Part shown: one piece after another, positions 28,241-42,463 of the stretch | Layout of the letters: each line of letters begins with the position of its first letter | How positions within the stretch are numbered: position 1 is the stretch's first letter | Assembly: GCA_964016885.1 (NCBI GenBank) | Contig: OZ024745.1 | Span: 109,740,001 to 109,804,000 of the forward strand | Origin: Eledone cirrhosa | Taxonomy: Eukaryota | Length of the DNA stretch: 64,000 bases | Direction: 5' to 3' | Program-made: the position numbers and the translations under genes | Notes under the pieces: generated by a model | The model's input: only the letters and a program-made list of their open reading frames with translations | Told to the model about the DNA's origin: nothing | The model's database searches: none

Positions 28241-29305
28241 GGGGTAGTTGTGGTGGTGGTAGGGTAGTGATGGTGGTAGGGTAGTGATGGTGGTAGGGTA
28301 GTTGTGGTGGTAGGGTAGTTGTGGTGATAGGGTAGTGATGGAGGTAGGGTAGTTGTGGTGGTAGGGTAGTGATGGTGGTAGGGTAGTTGTGGTGGTAGGG
28401 TGGTTGTGGTGGTAGGGTAGTGGTGGTGGTAGGGTAGTGATGGTGGTAGGGTAGTGATGGTGGTAGGGTAGTGATGGTGGTAGGGTAGTTGTGGTGGTAG
28501 GGTAGTTGTGGTGGTAGGGTAGTTATGGTGGTAGGGTAGTTATGGTGGTAGGGTAGTTATGGTGGTAGGGTAGTTATGGTGGTAAGGTAGTTATGGTGGT
28601 AGGGTAGTTATGGTGGTAAGGTAGTTATGGTGGTAAGGTAGTTATGGTGGTAAGGTAGTTATGGTGGTAAGGTAGTTATGGTGGTAGGGTAGTGACGGTG
28701 GTAGGGTAGTGATGTTAGTAGGGTAGTTATGATGGTAGGGTAGTTGTGGTGGTTGGGTAGTGATGGTGGTAGGGTAGTTATGGTGGTAGGGTAGTTGTGG
28801 TGGTAGGGTAGTGATGGTGGTAAGGTAGTTCTGGTGGTAAGGTAGTTATGGTGGTAAGGTAGTTATGGTGGTAGGGTAGTTATGGTGGTAGGGTAGTTAT
28901 GGTGGTAGGGTAGTTATGGTGGTAGGGTAGTTATGGTGGTAAGGTAGTTATGGTGGTAGGGTAGTTATGGTGGTAAGGTAGTTATGGTGGTAGGGTAGTT
29001 ATGGTGGTAAGGTAGTTATGGTGGTAAGGTAGTTATGGTGGTAAGGTAGTTATGGTAGTAGGGTAGTGACGGTGGTAGGGTAGTGATGTTGGTAGGGTAG
29101 TTATGATGGTAGGGTAGTTGTGGTGGTTGGGTAGTGATGGTGGTAGGGTAGTTATGGTGGTAGGGTAGTTGTGGTGGTAGGGTAGTGATGGTGGTAGGGT
29201 AGTTATGGTGGTAGGGTAGTTATGGTGGTAGGGTAGTTATGGTGGTAGGGTAGTTATGGTGGGAGGGTAGTTATGGTGGTAGTGTAGTTGTGGTGGTAGG
29301 GTAGT
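28241..29305. repeat. 17-bp G-rich minisatellite
   Basis: Unit GGTAGGGTAGTTATGGT and variants, roughly 60 copies. Confidence 0.95.
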
Positions 29306-29571
29306 ATGGGATTGGTGGTGGTGAAGCTAGAAATTAGGATTTTATGAAAAGGTTAATGAACTTCAAGATGATCATTGATAGTATGGTGAAGGTGGAGGTG
29401 GTGGTGGTGGTGGTGTTAGTAATCTTGGCAATGCTGCTGGTGATGATAATGATGCTGTTTGGTGACAACAAAGATGAATACGATGATGATGATGATGATA
29501 TTGACTGTGATAATGACAATGATGATGATGATAAGATTGATATGAGGAAGATAATGATGATGATAATGATG

Positions 29572-29770
29572 ATAATTGTTTCTACTTTAGGCACAAGGCC
29601 AGCAATTACCCAGTGCATTACTGGTACTTTATTTTATCGACCCCGTAAGGATGAAAGGCAAAGTTAACCTCGGCGGGATTTGAACTCAGATCATAATACA
29701 GGGAGGTAACTCTATGCTGCAAAGCATATGGCGTCCGAATCCTCTACCGATACTGCCAACCCACCGCCCT
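29572..29770 (-). mobile_element. Nin/Deu-like SINE inside a (GAT)n-rich tract
   Basis: Full-length reverse-complement match. Confidence 0.85.
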
Positions 29771-29898
29771 TGATATGATGAAGATGAAAATGATGATGAC
29801 TATAAAATGATGACGATGTTGTTGTCGATGTTGACAACAAAGAGGAACTTGATGACCACGATGGTGATATTGACTTTGATAATGACGACGACGATGAC

Positions 29899-29937
<39 letters not shown>

Positions 29938-29957
29938 CATACGACAACGACAACGAC

Positions 29958-29993
<36 letters not shown>

Positions 29994-30279
29994 AAGATTG
30001 ATATGGTGAAGATGATAATGATGATGGTGAAAAAAAAAAAAAAAAAAAAAGGCAAGAGAGAGAGAGAGAGAGAAGCTGTAATGCTTCCTATATAACTGCT
30101 GCTGTCATGTCTTCTTAGATTGTGTCAGTTGTCTTCTCTAGTCTAGAATCAACATGCAGTCTACAGAGAAAGAACAGGGAGTAGCGAGAGTAATCTGTGG
30201 CACTCTAAGCAGGAGAATTGACACGAGGAAGCAGGATTGACCTTTAATTAGGCAATCTACAAGAAAAAATAGAGGTGTA

Positions 30280-30417
30280 TGCATGTATGAATGTATGTAT
30301 GCATGTATGCATGCATGCATGCATGCATACATGCATACATGCATACATGCATATATGCATATACTGATATAGATGTGTTCCATGCACAAACATATGTGTG
30401 TGTTTATGTTTATGTAA

Positions 30418-30475
<58 letters not shown>

Positions 30476-30503
30476 ATGGATATGTATATATATATTTATA
30501 TAC

Positions 30504-30551
<48 letters not shown>

Positions 30552-30575
30552 ATATGTATATATATATTTATATAC

Positions 30576-30623
<48 letters not shown>

Positions 30624-30720
30624 ATATGTATGTATATATATATATATATATACATGTATATAAATGTATATATATATATATATATACATATCCATATCCA
30701 TATACATATATATATATATG

Positions 30721-30776
<56 letters not shown>

Positions 30777-30790
30777 GGATATGGATATGG

Positions 30791-30857
<67 letters not shown>

Positions 30858-31010
30858 AATATAAATATATATATATATATATAGAGAGATATATATATAT
30901 GTATATATGTATATATATATGTGTGTATATATATATATATATGTAACAGACCTAACATTAACATTAATACACATGTACACACATACATACACACACACAT
31001 ACATATATAT
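30280..31010. repeat. (TA)n-rich compound microsatellite
   Basis: Direct reading. Confidence 0.95.
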
Positions 31011-31107
31011 ATCTTTATCATATGAGGGTAGGTGTGGTTGGTTTGATAGGTTTGGTGTAGAAAATGTCTCTTCCATTATGCAATATAGATGTACGGCATG
31101 CATTATG

Positions 31108-31461
31108 GTTGTGATGACATGTTTAGTGCAGAAACAAACATGCACATGATAGGGCAGAAAGGAACAGCTAAAATGTCAAGAGAGAGAGAGAGAGAGAGAG
31201 AGTGAGAGAGAGAAACGGGTAGAGAGAGAGAGAGAGAGAAGACAGAGACATACAGGAAGAGTCAAGGAGAGGGGGGGGGGGGCTGGTAGATAGACAAATT
31301 TATAGAGAGAGACTGACAGATATACAAATTGATTGGAGAGATAGATTGCGAGGCAGGTGGAAAGACACACAGATGTATATACTGACAGGCACTCACCATC
31401 ATCACACAGGTGTGTATGTGTGTAGATAAAGAGATATGCTTCTCTCTCTCTCTCTCTCTCT

Positions 31462-31518
<57 letters not shown>

Positions 31519-31570
31519 CATCATCACCATCACCGTTTTACGTCCGTTCTTATATATATATATATATATG

Positions 31571-31664
<94 letters not shown>

Positions 31665-31790
31665 AAAGATAGAATAGAGGAAAACAGGACTAAAGAAGGA
31701 AAAATAAAGAGTTCAAGAGAAGGAGAAGGGAAGAATTTACAAATGAACTTTGAAAAAGCAGAAAAAATTTAGGTATGGAGAAAGAGGGAG
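31108..31790 (+). repeat. Dispersed duplication, copy B
   Basis: See copy A; carries two extra segments. Confidence 0.9.
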
Positions 31791-33675
31791 AGAGCGGGTG
31801 GAGAAGGAGAAGGGGAAAGAGAGAGAGAGGGGGAGGAGGGGGAGAAGAAGAAAGGGAAAGAGAGAGAGCAAGAGAGAGAGAGAGAGGTGGATGAGGAGAA
31901 AGGGATAGAGAGAGAGAGGTGGAGAAGGAGAAAGGGAAAGTGAGAGAAGGAGGAAAGAGAGAGAGAGAGGTGGGACAGAAACAGATAAAAAAAAACACAA
32001 TGTTATGAGATCAGATGTTTGGAAGAAGGAGTAGTTAGAGGAATGTATGTGTGTATGTATATGAGAGAATAATATGCTTATAAGTGTAGAAAAAATAGAG
32101 AAAAACTATTGATGAGAGGTGGTGGTGGTGGTGGTGGTGGTGGTGGTGGTGGTGGTGGGGATGCATGCATAAAATGTGTGAGTCAGAGCAAATAGGATGA
32201 TGAAACAAATGAGGGATCAAACATATTGTGTCAAACATTGAATTATTATTAGCAATGTCGCATCACTAAAGACTGAACCTTTCAATTCATTCACTTGGGT
32301 ACATTCCTGAAAATCATGTGTTTATTCCTCTTCAGAACTTCTGTTAATTATAGTTAGGTTTTGTAGGGTAAAGTTACATTACCTAGTGGTTAGGGTGTTG
32401 GGTTTACAATAGGGCAACGTATTATTTCCCCAAGGAAGACACTATTTCACATTATACCAGTCCAATCAGCTGGAAAAAATGACTACCACCACCAATAGCA
32501 GCAGCTGAGTGTTAACCCAGTGTTAAACTGACATGCTGTTCAGTCTTTTATTCTCAGTCAATTAATGCCAATGAAACCAGAGTAAGCTACTGTCTGTTGA
32601 GTCTCTGGGATTGGAACAAACTTTCAATCATTTTTGTTTTTCATAGGAAAAAAAATAACACAAAGAATATTTGTAAGATGAGAAAATAGAGGGAGACCAA
32701 GAGCAGAGGTTGTTAGTGCTGATTTGAGATCATTGAATCTCAGAGAGGAGATGACGAAGGACCAAGACGAATGGCGACATGCTATGCTGGAAAGAACCAA
32801 TCCAGCTTATGCAAGCATGGTAATATAATCTTTTATATCGGAAATGATGAGATGGTTAAAACTGGAACACATTTTACTGTAGGCCTGCTTGATCAGAGCT
32901 GATTTCAGAACAACAAAAAAAAACCCACTTAACCTAAAGATAGACTATTTGCATAAACCAAACAAAAATATTAAAATAGAAATATGCTGACAAAATCTGA
33001 AATAATTAAAAGTATTTTTTTATCTTATAAGCTATAAGTCTGCCCTGATAATAACAGGCATTACATTTATAACCATCCCTGCCTTTATTCACAATATATC
33101 AAGGCTTCTTTTATGATAAGATATGATTTAAGGAAGATAAGGCTGCTATTTCTAGCAAGTTCAGTGATCACATACAGGTTCCTTCATTTGTTTGAATATA
33201 AATGATTTCCTACATAAGGCAGAGCATGTCTACATGCTTAAAAATTTTGCTTCATGATTATAGGGTTCTAGGTTTGATCAGACTGCGGGTCAACATACAA
33301 TTTGTGCATGAAATTGAATAGACAGACACAGTGCAGACCAGGTTTGTGTGGTAGATTTAATATGTTTCCATGTTTAATATTATCATCCTGACCCTTGGTG
33401 GTCTTTAACAGAGTCTACTTTGATGCAACTTCACACCAGGTTTCTGGTCTGAGGATATGTCTGTATCTTGAGGTACTGCTTTCTCCTGCAGCATAGCAGG
33501 AATTGTGGTTGCTTCCTGCCATTTCCCTCCCTATTCTTGGAGGCCCAGCAATAATGTTAGGTTACTGCCATTCTTTATCTAAGACTTACAAAAATGAGCT
33601 AAAATTTATGAAGTTGTGGATGAGGTTTTGTGACATTTATGCCTTCCTTAACTAAATGTGACTGCATTATTTACA

Positions 33676-33857
33676 TTGGCAGTATCGGTAGAGTGTCGGA
33701 CGCCATGCTTTCTAGCATAGTTACGTCCCTTTACGATCTGAGTTCAAATCCCGCTGAGGTTGACTTTGCCTTTCATCCTTACGGGGTCGATAAAATAAAG
33801 TACCAGTAATGCACTGGGTAATTGCTGGCCTTGTGCCTAAAGTAGAAACAATTATTT
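33676..33857 (+). mobile_element. Nin/Deu-like SINE
   Basis: Family match; TTATTTACA on both flanks. Confidence 0.85.
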
Positions 33858-34078
33858 ACAAAACATTAATGAAAAGTACAAAACAGCACTATCACATTAT
33901 AAATTGAAGTCTTTGGTTCACTGCAAATTTTCACAATGATCTGTCCACTAGTAAAGATACTTTAAACATTTAGATTAACAAGCCTGTTTTTAGATATTTT
34001 CTGCTAAATCATTACTGGTAAGACACAAAGAAACATTCGTCCCTTTGACAATATGCCTTGCAGTATTTGTTCCAGCAA

Positions 34079-34271
34079 AGGGCGGTGGATTGGCAGTATC
34101 GGTAGAGGGTCGGACGCCATGCTTTCTAGCATAGTTACGTCCCTTTATGATCTGAGTTCAAATCCCGCCGAGGTTGACTTTGCCTTTCATCCTTACGGGG
34201 TAGATAAAATAAAGTACCAGTAATGCACTGGGTAATATGTGGCCTTGTGCCTAAAGTAGAAACAAGTATTT
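34079..34271 (+). mobile_element. Young Nin/Deu-like SINE nested in an older copy
   Basis: Full-length match. AGTATTTGTTCCAGC is repeated on both flanks (TSD-like). Older SINE sequence continues to about 34560. Confidence 0.85.
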
Positions 34272-34611
34272 GTTCCAGCTATTTTTCTTCTGAGTTCAAA
34301 TCTCACCAAGGTCAATTTTAATTTTGATATTTCTTGGGTTAATAAAATAAAGTATCATCAATCCAGGGCAGTGGATGACAGAATTCCTAGAACACCTGAC
34401 CAAATGTCTTATGGTATTTGCTTTGGCTCTTTACCTTCTGAGGTCAACTTTCACTAAAGTCAAGTTTGCTTTTCATCCTTACAAGATTGATAAAATATAG
34501 TACCAGTCATATACTGTGAGTCAATATAATCAACTATTTCTTACCTCCCACAATTTTAGGTCTATGTACGAAATTGTTATTCGAAACACTAACAAAATCA
34601 AAATGCTTTAA

Positions 34612-34828
34612 CTCTTTAGCATTTAAACTGGTCGTATCTGGCAAGAATTCTCTCACCTCTTTCTGTTCAAACTGGCTGTAACCAACCTTTTATACTGATA
34701 GGGTATTGTTTTCAAAATAAACAATATCAAAATCTCATGGATTTGATATTATGTGAGATATTATGTGAGGTAAAACCTTTATCGTAAAAATATAATAGTA
34801 TATATAGTGTAATGTAAATACTAAAGAG
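34612..34828 (+). mobile_element. piggyBac-like MITE with TTAA TSD
   Basis: TTAA|CTCTTTAGCATTTA...TAAATACTAAAGAG|TTAA. Confidence 0.75.
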
Positions 34829-35307
34829 TTAACTAGGAATCCTAATTGAATCATAGCTGCAGTTTACCACAGTTCTGATGCTTGCCTCTGTTACATGTCT
34901 TTGAGCAGAGGTGAAAATGATAAAACTATTCTGTCAAACATATGTATATGTAAGTATGTGTATCTGTAAGTATGTGTATGTGTAAGTATGTGTATGCAAG
35001 GGAAGGAGAGAGAGAATGTGTGTGTGTAAAAAGAGAGAGAGAGGGTGAAATAATAAGACTGGGGAACAGAGATAGAGGGTGAAATAATAAAACTGGAGAA
35101 CAGAGAAAGAGGGAGACTCACACATACACACACATAAACACACATACACACAAAGGTAAAGATAAATGATAGGGTGTACTACAGTAAGAAAGATGACACA
35201 AGATGGTTTTCATATTCTTCAAACATTTCCATTTCCTGTAAATTTAGGAATGTTGAAAGAGATTTTCTCCCACCTCACTTAGACTTTCCTTATTACATTA
35301 TACATTC

Positions 35308-35338
<31 letters not shown>

Positions 35339-35406
35339 GGCACATGTATGTATGTATATATATGTATATATATATATATATATATTTATTTATATATATA
35401 TATACA

Positions 35407-35506
35407 CAGGGCATCCCAAAACAATGTATACACACTTTGATTCCATGTACAGGCAATATTTATTAAAATGCTGTTGAAGTGTGTATACATTTTGGGGGAA
35501 CACCCG
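35407..35506. mobile_element. Tc1/mariner-like ~100-bp MITE
   Basis: CAGGGCATCCCAAAACAATGTATACACACTT versus the reverse complement CGGGTGTTCCCCCAAAATGTATACACACTT, in a TA-rich context. Confidence 0.65.
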
Positions 35507-35547
35507 ATATATATATATATACTTACACCCGATATATATATATACTC

Positions 35548-36006
35548 ACACACTTACACCTGTCCAAGACAATGTCACTGGACCGAGATCTTTAGTGCTA
35601 CACAGTCATACAGAAGACCCGCCTTACCTAAGTACAAAATGAAACCTACTACAGTCAGTAGGCACCTCTAACAAAATACACCCTCGTCCCACTACCCCCA
35701 CCCCATCCACACCACCCCCTTAAATGTAAAGTTATGTTGGTACCACAACATCCAGTCCAAAACAAATGAGGTCGTGTAGGTGTCACAACAAAAAAAACAC
35801 ACAGTCCACGCCGTGTAGGTAACACGGTAAAAACCTCCGAGTCCACACTGTAAACGTGGTTGGTGTTAGGAAGGGCATCCAGCTGTAGAAAACCCGCCAG
35901 ACAGTCCTATGCGAGCAAGACAACCACTCTTGCCTCAAGTGGGAAAACTCCCGTCCAAACCCATGCAAGCGTGGAAGATGGACGTTAAACGATGATGATG
36001 ATGATG

Positions 36007-36008
<2 letters not shown>
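35548..36008 (+). mobile_element. More truncated copy of the same RTE LINE
   Basis: Colinear with about 46476-46953 (CACACTTACACCT.TCCAAGACAATGTCACTGGACCGAGA...); (GAT)n tail. Confidence 0.85.
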
Positions 36009-36058
<50 letters not shown>

Positions 36059-36278
36059 GTGAAGGCGTGTGGCTGAGTGGTTAGAGAATTGGATTCGCAA
36101 TCGTAAGGTTGTGAGTTCGATTCCTGGACCAGGCGATGCGTTATGTCCTTGAGCAAGACACTTTATTTCACGTTGCTCCTTCTACCTGGAGTTGCGACCG
36201 ATAGATAGTATTAGCAATTAGAAAGACCAACGGAAACATCGTTCCCTCGGTCCGATTTGACGAAAGTCGATCGTTCCT
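36059..36278 (+). mobile_element. CORE-like SINE with a third tail type
   Basis: TGGCTGAGTGG and GAGTTCGATTCC boxes; tail GTTGCGACCGATAGATAG...GAAAGACCAACGGAAAC shared with 24699-24905. Confidence 0.8.
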
Positions 36279-36609
36279 TTATATATATAAATATATATAA
36301 ATGCATACATACACTCTCACATATATGTGTGTAAAAACATAAATATATATAAATATATATATAATTGAAGATCATATATAAACATATAGAGACATATAGT
36401 TAGAGTAGAGTGTTGTGTATGATAATAAAAAATTGATAATGGGTGTTTTGGATAGGTGATAGATGACTGGTGATGTAATGGTACAGTAGGAATGATGTAA
36501 TTAGCACCTACCATAGAGGAATGATGATGTAATTAGCAGAGGAAATGGACCAAGTGCAGGACTACAGGTAAGAGATGTGATGTTTGAAGACACACCCAAC
36601 CTATGTAAA

Positions 36610-37320
<711 letters not shown>

Positions 37321-37514
37321 AACAAATATGGATAATATAAATGCAACTGTCTCTGCTGCTGTTGCTTCTGTTGATGATGATGATGATGAGGAGGAGGAGG
37401 AGGAAGAGGAGGAGGAAGGGGACAGTGGTGTTGAATGTGATAGTGAAGGGTGATTATAATGATGCTAATAAGCATGATGATTGCAAACCTGCTGCTGCTG
37501 CTGCTGCTGCTGCT

Positions 37515-37524
37515 GGTGATTATA

Positions 37525-37556
<32 letters not shown>

Positions 37557-37715
37557 ATTAATGATATCAATATATTACTTATATCAACATTGACATCAGA
37601 TATTATGTAAATTATAGTGGTGGTGATTATAATGATGATGATGATGATGATGATGATAATGATATCAATATATTACTTATATCAACATTGACATGAGATA
37701 TTATGTAAATTATAG
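37515..37715 (+). repeat. Tandem duplication of about 100 bp
   Basis: GGTGATTATAATGATG...ATATTATGTAAATTATAG occurs twice. Confidence 0.85.
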
Positions 37716-37994
37716 CAGCATTGTTTTCCCCTTATATCACAGTAGGACAGCAAGAGGTCATTCACAGTGAGTGACTGGCGTAACATTATCAACATTTACT
37801 GCTGCAAAGGCAGAGCAGGTATTCTAGAAAGAAGCAACTACAAAGGCACAAAAACTGATGGAACATGTTTAGGAAGAAAATAAACTTATATAAGATGAAA
37901 AGCTCTGATTTGTGCCAAGATATGGTACCACTGATAACCTCTTACATGTGAAACAACTACAAGAGAAGTCCTTAGCAAAAGCCAGCCTCTAGAG

Positions 37995-38540
37995 CAGCTG
38001 TTCTCAAAGTGGGGGTGCTACCACACCTGGAAGTGTGGGGGCGTTGAGAAGGTACAGGAGGGGCTGAGGCGCTGCAGTCTAAAGAGGAGGTAATGATTAA
38101 ATAATAGTATATTAAATATCAAATGATACATATTATATATAAAGGACGGTGGATTGGCAGTATCGGTAGAAGGTCGGACACCATGCTTTGATGCATAGAG
38201 TTACAGCCCTTGCCATTCTGAGTTCAAATCCCGTCGAGGTTAACTTTGCCTTTCATCCTTACGGGGTCGATAAAATAAAGTACCAGTAATACACTGGGAT
38301 AATTGCTGGTCTTGTGCCAAAAAGTAGAAACAATTATATATAAATATTGTAAAATAAAAAGTATATAATATATATTTACACATAGTATATATTATATTAT
38401 TCATTATATATCAATTAATGATTTTATTTGTTATATATTATTTACAATTTGTGTGTAGGCAGGTCTCTCTGGAAATAAAGTTGGGGAGCACTGACGGTAT
38501 TACGTGGCTGTGAGGGCGGAGGGCAAAGTTTGAGAACTTG
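37995..38540. mobile_element. hAT (Charlie-like) MITE, decayed
   Basis: CTCTAGAG|CAGCTGTTCTCAAAGT...AGTTTGAGAACTTG|TTCTATGA; NTCTAGAN-type target. Confidence 0.55.
38143..38337 (+). mobile_element. Nin/Deu-like SINE nested in a hAT-like MITE
   Basis: Full-length match; ATTATATATAAA on both flanks. Confidence 0.85.
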
Positions 38541-39566
38541 TTCTATGAAGACCTGTCCAACCCTTTCTAGCAGGAAAAGTGGACGTTAAATGATGATGAT
38601 GATGATGATGATGATGATCTTGACATGGAACCAGCTTTCAGTTAGCTGCAACAGGCCATTGTGAGTGAAACCTGAAGACAGTAAAGAGCAACTTATGGGT
38701 AAAGTAGTACCTATTGACTGAATTGCAGGTGTTGTTCTTTAATCTAACAGAAGCAGATTTCCGTTACAACTAAAGCTCTGTCAAGTTTCAACACATAGTT
38801 TGTTATAGTTCGACACTTCATGCGGAAATCATTGTTTCCAATAGCTTTGTTGTAAGCTTATAGTTCCTTCTACTAAAGATGAGGCTTCACTTGGTTGGAG
38901 AAAGAAAGAAAAAATGAATGAAAAACAAATGGAAAAATCATGAACATATATATATACATAATTTTGATTCCTTGTGAAGTAGACCAGCATTAAAATTATG
39001 AGAGATGCCAATATGATTTTATTAAACTATCAAGCTGAATTGAACTTTTTCCGCTAAGTTATTCAAATGAAGTATCAAACACCATTGTTTTCATACTGAT
39101 ATTAATTCATATATTTATGTAGGTATATGTGTGTGTGTATGTCTATGTATATATGTGTGTGATGTATGTGTGTGTGTGAGAGAGAGAGTGTGTATGTATG
39201 TATGTATATATGTATATATGTATGTATGTATGTAAGTATGTATTCTCAAATTAAATTTTTGTTTGAAACATAACAGTCATTTTTGTCTTTGTTTGTATTT
39301 TGTATGTTGGAATATTTAATATATCTTAATATATCTTTATGAGGGTTATAAGGGTAATTACAAGGAGCTTTGAGCCAACAACTTTTACAAGATTATTGCT
39401 TTTAAGTGTGTGTTAACTTTGTCCTCTATTTTTGTTGAATATAAAAAAAACTAACAGCTAGGTTACCAATATGGTAATGTGAGACAACAGAAGATCAGTG
39501 ATTCAGTAGCTGAAAGGTTTTGATTTCAAATTAAGCTACAGCTGCAAAAATATTAATGTTCATAAA

Positions 39567-39854
39567 TATATTTTCAGTGACAAAGAATATCTAAGAAATT
39601 TGGTCAACATGCTAGAAACAGCAGTCATATTCCTTTAAATATATTCTGTAGTCTTAAATAGACAGGATTGAAATGGTTGGAACACTTTAATCATAGTTCT
39701 CAGTATATTTTCAGTGACAAAGAATATCTAAGAAATTTGGTCAACATGCTAGAAACAGCAGCCATATTCCTTTAAATATATTCTGTAGTCTTAATATATA
39801 TATATATTATAGACAGGATTGAAATGGTTGGAACACTTTAATCATAGTTCTCAG
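39567..39854 (+). repeat. Tandem duplication of a 137-bp unit
   Basis: 39567-39703 is repeated at 39704-39854 with a short (TA) expansion in copy 2. Confidence 0.9.
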
Positions 39855-40349
39855 CCAGGACAGATCTGAATGTAGAAAATAATAATAGTTGTTTTGCCTG
39901 TATAAGAAGCTATATTTAATGGAGCAATTCTTTTTTCTCTTGGATATCATTTCTGCTGTTAGTCATGCAACTAATGAGATTTAGTGGTGAACATGGGTGA
40001 CAATATTTTTGAGAAGGTTCTGGACATAGACAAGAAAGTACTGTCTTTTCTAGCCTGAGGACTATGGATAATTTGCAGAAACCTTTGGCCTGGCAGTGCT
40101 AGCTGGACATTAAACGATGATGATGATGATGATGATGATATATATATATAGCAAAATACTAGGTTGTATGAATGTAACAAGGAGAAGTGGTTTGTGTGTA
40201 TAATATCATCATCCTTATCATCATCATCATTTAATGTCCAGTTAGCACTGCCAGGCCAAAGGTTTCTGCAAATTATTAATTCAACATCGAAATAAGAGAA
40301 GTAAACTTTACTTGATTTTCATTTTTCTGTTTTTTCTGTTCAAATACTA

Positions 40350-40408
40350 GCTGTCTGATGAGGTCATAGCTGTTTCATAACAGTTATCACTGAAATATAT
40401 ATTACAGC
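40350..40408 (+). ncRNA. Minimal type I hammerhead ribozyme motif (Penelope/retrozyme-like)
   Basis: Stem I GCTGT/ACAGC; core CTGATGA (40355-61); stem II GGTCATAGCTGTT/AACAGTTATCACT; GAAA (40392-95); 2-bp stem III with palindromic ATAT loop; AUU triplet; AATAAA at 40416. Confidence 0.75.
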
Positions 40409-41661
40409 AACTATGAATAAATGAAGTTAATTTTAACCTGTTGACTTATAATTCATGTTTATGTATGAAGTCATTATGTTTAGAATTAAAACGATGAGAG
40501 ACTAGCACTACTGGAAACATGAAACCCAGTACAAACTGTCACATGATAAGGTTGTCAGCGACTAAATCACTCACCTCACCAAACTTATTTGGTGAGGTGG
40601 ATAATTTTTGACACCTTATGGGATGAAAAACAAAATCCGTCAAAAGGCAGAGTAACTCAAGAGTGTCAATGGCCATCTGGTTAGACAGAATTCATTGGAC
40701 TTGGTTTGCAGTCTGTAGAGAAGAAGGATCACTTTGACTGAAGAAGGGACAACAGCTTCTTCCTTATGATGAAGGCAGATGAGTTGCAGCTTAGTCGCCA
40801 GTTTCCGTATAATGGTCAGACAAAGATTTAGGACTCACTGATATATTTTTTCTGATGAGAATCATAGACATACAGCATCATATAGATTAGCATTTGTGCA
40901 ACTGTCCATGGTCGCCAACAGTCAGCAATGAAGATGAGAAGACCAGACCAAACCAGAGACACCTCACCACCCAAATAAGATGTTAGATGATCACAAATAG
41001 ATATCTAGAAAATTCTGCTGTCCATTTTCTTGTTGTATTAACCAAGGCAATTAAAATTAATGACCTCACTCAGAAATGCATTAATATACATACAGTGAGA
41101 TATAGAGTTGAAACTAGCCAGTTGTTCATTCTTGGCTGACTGATCTGGTCATTTTGTTTTCAGAGTTTTATTCTGTCATTCGCTGCAAGTGCCACTGTTC
41201 AGTTAGGGTGGGGTGGGCATTGCCCCTAATCCTTTATTTTTATTAGTGTTACTGAGACAGAAGAAGGAAGAAAGTTATCTTCAAACTAGGGACTTGATCC
41301 AAATGCTTGAAGCAGAGAGCAACTTCATTATGGCACCCTAGAAACATATGATCTATCACCTGGGGACTTAGAATGTAGAGCCAAATCATATTCTGCAAGG
41401 TATCTTCTCTGACACTCTAGCAATTCTGCCAATCTGGACTTCTGCTTTATTTTATCAACCTTAAAGTCATGATAAACAAAGTTGATCCAGGCAGAATTTT
41501 AATTTAAATTGCAGAGAGCCAGAACAAATTCCTGCAAGGCATTTTGTCCTCTTCACTAACAATATGGCCAATTCACTACTGAATAAGAAAAAATACTCAT
41601 CAGATTTTCAAATTTATCCTAAGGTTGGAATATATAAACAAAATATTATATATATATATAT

Positions 41662-42027
41662 GGAGGCACATGGCTTAGTGGTTCGAGTATTGGATGGAGG
41701 CACATAGCTTAGTGGTTAGAGCATTGGCCTTGCAATCGAAAGGTTGTGAGTTCAAATCTCAGACCGGGTGATGTGTTGTTTCCTTGAGCAAGACACTTTA
41801 TTTCACATTGCTCCAGTTTACTCAGCTGTAGAAATGAGATGATAGGGACTGGGGTCCATATCATTCCACTGTAAAGTGGATGTGTAGACGCCAAGGCAAA
41901 AAAGCACCCAGCACTCACTGTAAATGAGGTTGGTGTTAGGAAGGGCATCCAGCTGTAGAAATCAAGCCAGAATCAGTTCCTGTCCCACCCTTGCAAGCAG
42001 GGAGAAAGCGGACGTAAAATGAAATGA

Positions 42028-42030
<3 letters not shown>
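41662..42030 (+). mobile_element. tRNA-derived CORE-like SINE with RTE tail and a duplicated 5' head
   Basis: A box TGGCTTAGTGG, B box GAGTTCAAATC, body CCTTGAGCAAGACACTTTATTTCACATTGCTCCAGTTTACTCAGCTGTAGAAATGAG. The first ~34 nt occur twice. Confidence 0.85.
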
Positions 42031-42117
<87 letters not shown>

Positions 42118-42422
42118 GTGTGTGTGTACTTTTTCTGGAACAAATATCTTATATATAAAGCATATACAATGAGATTAAACAAAATGAAATAGTATTTCCA
42201 TTATTTACGGAAATACTATTTATGCTAATCAATAGTGAAATATTAAATTTAACATCATGTATAATTCTTTAAATCTATCTTGTTGATATTTGGTCGGAAG
42301 TGGAATAATCATAGCTTCAATATATGTCGTGATGTGGTTTTTGACCTTTTCAAGAAATGAAATAGGGGTTTCTATTTTTATTCTGCTAAATTCAGTATAG
42401 AGAGTGAAGGAGAGAGAAATAT

Positions 42423-42463
<41 letters not shown>

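Noticed and set aside
28241-29305. Telomeric repeat
   Set aside because: The unit is 17 bp with TAGGG, not tandem TTAGGG.
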